DNA of 64,000 bases from Elsinoe ampelina (Eukaryota): positions 185,413-249,412 of the forward strand of contig ML992516.1 of NCBI GenBank assembly GCA_010093995.1, read 5' to 3'. Position 1 is the first letter of the stretch. Every line of letters begins with the position of its first letter. Under the pieces are notes generated by a model. The model made no database searches. It saw only the letters and a program-made list of their open reading frames with translations, and was not told the DNA's origin. Made by a program: the position numbers and the translations under genes. This document shows, piece after piece, positions 62,091 to 64,000 of this stretch.

Positions 62091-62501
62091 CTTGAGTCTG
62101 TTTGATGGAGGATCTATCTTTGATGGTTAAAAGATGTCCAAACAAAGAAGAGAAGCGAATTGATGGGAAGGATGGACATGAGTGTGGCAGTACAGACACA
62201 AGCGCTTGGCTGACGGGGATAGCTTCCCTGTCTGCTCTCTCCCCTGCCATTTCGCACGGGCCACATCAACTTGTGAGAGCCGAATGTCAAGCTTCGAAGC
62301 TCCAACAACGCGTCCTCCACAATTTCTCATCTCACTTTCACGAACCATTGCGAATGACCGACCTTTTCTGAACGCTCGAAATAGTACGAGAATCATCGGA
62401 GAGAAGCGATAGCTAAAGATACCCCCTGCGGAATCGCCCTCGTGCCGGGCTAGGCACTTGGCGCATATCTCTTGCGATCCCTTGCGTCGACCATCACAAC
62501 C

Positions 62502-64000
62502 ATGTCGAATCCGCCCAAATTCACCTTTGGTGCTCCGGCATCCTCAGCTGGCTCTTCTGGAGGTCTTTTCGGTTCGTCGGGCGCCACGAAACCTCTTTTC
62601 GGCCAGAGTACCGGCGAGACGCCAAAGCCTGCTTCTACTGGACTTTTCGGGAGCACACCCTCCTCTGGTGGTGAACAGAAATCGCTATTCGGGGGAGGCG
62701 CAAGTACTGGGGGTACATCATTCGGTTTCGGAGCTGCAAAACCGACAGAGGGCAGCAGTGGTGGAGGTCTTTTTGGTGGAGGCGCAAAACCGGCGACACC
62801 AGGCGGCTTCAGCTTCACCAAGCCAGGTGAAATAACATCCACAACCCCGCTACAGACTCCTTCAGCGACTTCAGCGCCCAACATGTTTGGCCAGCCGTCC
62901 ACGACTTCGGCGCCAGCGTCCGGCGGCTTGTTTGGCAACTTGAACAACGCGGCCAGCTCTTCCCAACCAGCTAGTGGCACTGCAACACCTGCTCCTAATA
63001 AGCCAGCTCCCCTCTCATTCTCTACCACACCTGCCGGACCGCCGCCAAGTAGTGGCAACAACCTCTTTGGTGGATCGAAACCGGCAGAAGGTGGATCGGG
63101 TCTGTTTGGTCAAAAGTCGGATAAACCTGCCTCGTCCCCGTTTGGACAACCGCCATCTGCTGGAGGAGGGGGTGGTGGACTATTCGGTGCAAAGTCCACG
63201 GAACAGCCTGCGAGTGCTGGTCCGACAACGCCATCATTCTTCGGAGGTGGCGCTACAGCCTCCTCTCAGCCAGCTAGCAACCTTTTCCAGAAGCCGACAG
63301 CCCCTGCTTCAGCGACAGCGGAGGGCCAGAAGCCCACCTTCAGCTTTCCATCGTCGAATGCGAGCAAACCATTGTTTGGCGAAGTGAACAAGACAACCGA
63401 GAGCGCGCCTGCAAAGCCTTCATTCAGTCTGGGACAACCGGCCGCATCAAAAGAGCAACCCAGTCCAGCGACCACAACGCCTTCCGCGCCAACGAGTCTG
63501 TTCAGCCTAAACAAGCCTGCAACGACCCCTTCCACATCTTCCGCACCAACCTCAACACTCTTCTCCCAGAACAAGGACACTGCAGCGACTCCGGCGTCAT
63601 CGGCGCCAACTACTTCCTTCTTCAACAAAGACAGCACATCACAACCGCAAACATCCGGCAGTGCTCCGAGTGGCGGTTTGTTCAAGCTGGGTGGTCTTGG
63701 TGGTGGGGCAGCAACATCCAGCTCGTCCACAGCACCAGCATCGACTGCGACAACGGCGCCGACGACATCCTCCGCTCCAGCCCAGCAATTCTCAACATTC
63801 CCAACAGCAGTCCCCAACTTCCAACAAGGTCTTCAGGCCGCTCAAAATCCAGGAGCGTCCACTACTGGACCAGCGCCACCAGCAGCATCACGTCTGGCTG
63901 CCAAGTCTCTAGACGAGATTCTGACCCTGTGGACTACTTCGCTTACTACGCATCAGAAGTCGTTTGGTAATATGGCTACTCGTATCTCGGCATGGGACCG
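62502..64000 (+). CDS. NSP1: FG nucleoporin Nsp1 (runs off the window end)
   Basis: ATG at 62502 (MSNPPKFTFG), GLFG/FSF repeats; same frame as SRLAAKSLDEILTLW...HQKSF...ISAWD (Nsp1 C-terminal coiled coil). Confidence 0.9.
   Translation, partial: MSNPPKFTFGAPASSAGSSGGLFGSSGATKPLFGQSTGETPKPASTGLFGSTPSSGGEQKSLFGGGASTGGTSFGFGAAKPTEGSSGGGLFGGGAKPATPGGFSFTKPGEITSTTPLQTPSATSAPNMFGQPSTTSAPASGGLFGNLNNAASSSQPASGTATPAPNKPAPLSFSTTPAGPPPSSGNNLFGGSKPAEGGSGLFGQKSDKPASSPFGQPPSAGGGGGGLFGAKSTEQPASAGPTTPSFFGGGATASSQPASNLFQKPTAPASATAEGQKPTFSFPSSNASKPLFGEVNKTTESAPAKPSFSLGQPAASKEQPSPATTTPSAPTSLFSLNKPATTPSTSSAPTSTLFSQNKDTAATPASSAPTTSFFNKDSTSQPQTSGSAPSGGLFKLGGLGGGAATSSSSTAPASTATTAPTTSSAPAQQFSTFPTAVPNFQQGLQAAQNPGASTTGPAPPAASRLAAKSLDEILTLWTTSLTTHQKSFGNMATRISAWD

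Overview
Gene-dense eukaryotic DNA from a filamentous ascomycete (Pezizomycotina; a black-yeast/Chaetothyriales-type genome is my guess, not established). It holds about 27 protein-coding genes, most with short (~41-55 nt) spliceosomal introns that I resolved by hand, one intron-containing tRNA-Ser(GCT) gene and two small N gaps. Gene calls come from recognising family motifs; no database searches were run. Recognisable genes include an alpha-arrestin, an MDR dehydrogenase, an SRA-YDG protein, Mei5/Sfr1, GWT1, GT31, Tfb6-like, SCP2, ferric reductase, GH45, a cAMP-receptor-like GPCR, MCR1, bZIP, an alkenal reductase, an APC permease, urease, ALDH, a class V PLP enzyme, RMD5, STB2/6, UPF0658, a sterol glucosyltransferase-like GT1, an ABM protein, DUF5102/LAA2-like and NSP1. 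Five observations stand out. (1) The tRNA-Ser intron fits poorly as an endonuclease-type 37/38 intron but fits well as a U2-type AT-AC spliceosomal intron at 39/40 (AAG|ATATGT...GCTGAC...TTCAC), and removing it restores a perfect anticodon stem. (2) Two non-coding arrays of an ACTACCAG motif recur at ~75-bp spacing. (3) About 15 sharp C-rich to G-rich strand-skew switches all share one polarity, ignore gene orientation and rewrite synonymous codons. (4) A tRNA-adjacent mosaic gene combines a DUF3716-like Cys cluster, a UDG-like fold and zinc ribbons. (5) Three protein-coding introns need non-canonical donors (two GC, one GA).
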